A stretch of DNA of 64,000 nt from the NCBI GenBank assembly GCA_043228905.1, contig JBHGNT010000008.1, forward strand, positions 9,734,001 to 9,798,000, given 5' to 3'. This stretch comes from Azolla caroliniana (Eukaryota > Plantae > Polypodiophyta). Positions 62,933 to 64,000 of the stretch are shown here, piece after piece (the first letter of the stretch is position 1; the number at the start of each line of letters is the position of its first letter). A model generated the notes under the pieces. That model saw only the letters and a list, made by a program, of their open reading frames with translations, ran no database searches and was not told the origin of the DNA. The position numbers were made by a program, and so were the translations under genes.

Positions 62933-63400
62933 TCGTAAGTGAAAAATATTCGTTTGGGAATTGCCACCATGAAGCCTTAATCGTTGTCCTCCCATGTGTT
63001 AAACCCTTGTTCTTAATGAAATATTGAACAATAGAATTCCATGGTTTTGAGTTTGAATACATGTCTTGTAATAATGAAAATCTAAAAGCCATCATATGCA
63101 TAGATAAGTCCAATATTCCAGCTCCCCCCAAGCATACAGGGGTTGCTAGATGATTCGATGCAACCCATGTGATTCCTATCTTATCCCTCTTCCTCTATAA
63201 TAAATATCGAAGAGGTTGCAAAAAAGAATGCAAAGCCTTCTTTGTCAATGGCAACAATGGCAAGTAATATAACATCGTGGGTTCCATAATACATTGTACA
63301 ACCTTCAAGCGTACATGAATTTTGTCACTGTCGACATACATAATGACTCGAACGTCTTACTTCCTAAGTTGTTCTGTCAAGAAGATTGTGGTTGGAACTA
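62933..63400 (-). pseudogene. L1-like non-LTR retrotransposon ORF2 fragment (post-RT region)
   Basis: LYYLPLL...ITWVA...LATPVCLGGAGILDL resembles the W...P...GGLG motif of plant L1 ORF2. Confidence 0.6.
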
Positions 63401-63407
63401 TGCTATT

Positions 63408-64000
63408 TGTTGACACTAGTTTTTTACTCAAAACTTTATATAAACATCAGTTAAACAGAACTTAATTACTCAAATTATAACATAAACTCTAGATTGATTG
63501 TTAGTTATAGTATACTCTGTGTAGTATAGAACCGAATTTGAACATCTGACACAGTAAATAGATAGAGAAAGTGAATCTGAGTAGACGACACAATGAATAC
63601 TCTAACTACCAAAATTATATTACTAACCAAAACAGACCGATCATGATACAATGCTATGGGCCCCTTATTATAGGCGATCTGAGAGACTTTTCCAAGATAG
63701 TACACTTGCCTATTCGACAAGAACCTACAATTATACTAACCATTCTATTTTCTAAATTACTCTATTTTCTAGTTGGCAAAATTATATTCTTCAACTACTA
63801 TCTTTTCACATTTGGCTGACTCCGACTCCGACCTTACTTTGGGTAGCCGATCGGCTCACATGTGGCATGCCAGTGGGACAGTGCCTTGCACGGTCGAACA
63901 TCACCCTCAGTCCTGGTTGTTCTCTTTAGCATTTCCATCCTCAGGGTCGTCATTGGTCAGGTCGTCTTCACTTCCACGCACATCATCATCTTCATTGAGT
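63408..64000 (-). repeat. Probable further LTR (reverse orientation) running off the right edge
   Basis: The minus strand ends AAAAAACTAGTGTCAACA and has CCTATAATAAGGGG (TATA-like) at ~63661-63675. There is no partner LTR in the window. Confidence 0.4.

Overview
This is a eukaryotic window from a seed-free land plant, probably a fern, lycophyte or hornwort, judging from plastid fragments that need heavy C-to-U editing. It is almost entirely a nest of decayed transposable elements, and I found no intact host gene. An L1-like LINE fragment (~62.9-63.4 kb) adjoins the 3' end of Ty3/gypsy element F. Chromovirus B' (minus, 26296-61822, continuing left of the window) is inserted in F. B' carries three insertions: (i) a large Sola2-like DNA transposon (<1-26295) with a transposase and a convergent RING-finger accessory gene, itself hosting retroelements A (4383-13499, with a mosaic plastid-DNA patch in its 3' LTR) and B (14115-20176); (ii) Tcn1-type chromovirus C (27596-34143), containing a solo LTR; (iii) non-chromovirus gypsy D (35409-59413), hosting related element E (40541-54859), which hosts A' (45563-53079). 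Most striking: D and E have unrelated LTRs, yet both lack a polypurine tract and carry a tRNA-Arg 3'-half mimic ending in CCA 2 nt before the 3' LTR, with a covarying hairpin. They also share an uncharacterised 3' ORF domain. Family A LTRs contain three tRNA-type A/B-box modules and an RY cluster, and the element has a GGAUUUU+hairpin -1 frameshift signal after the protease. All calls were made by eye; no searches were run.
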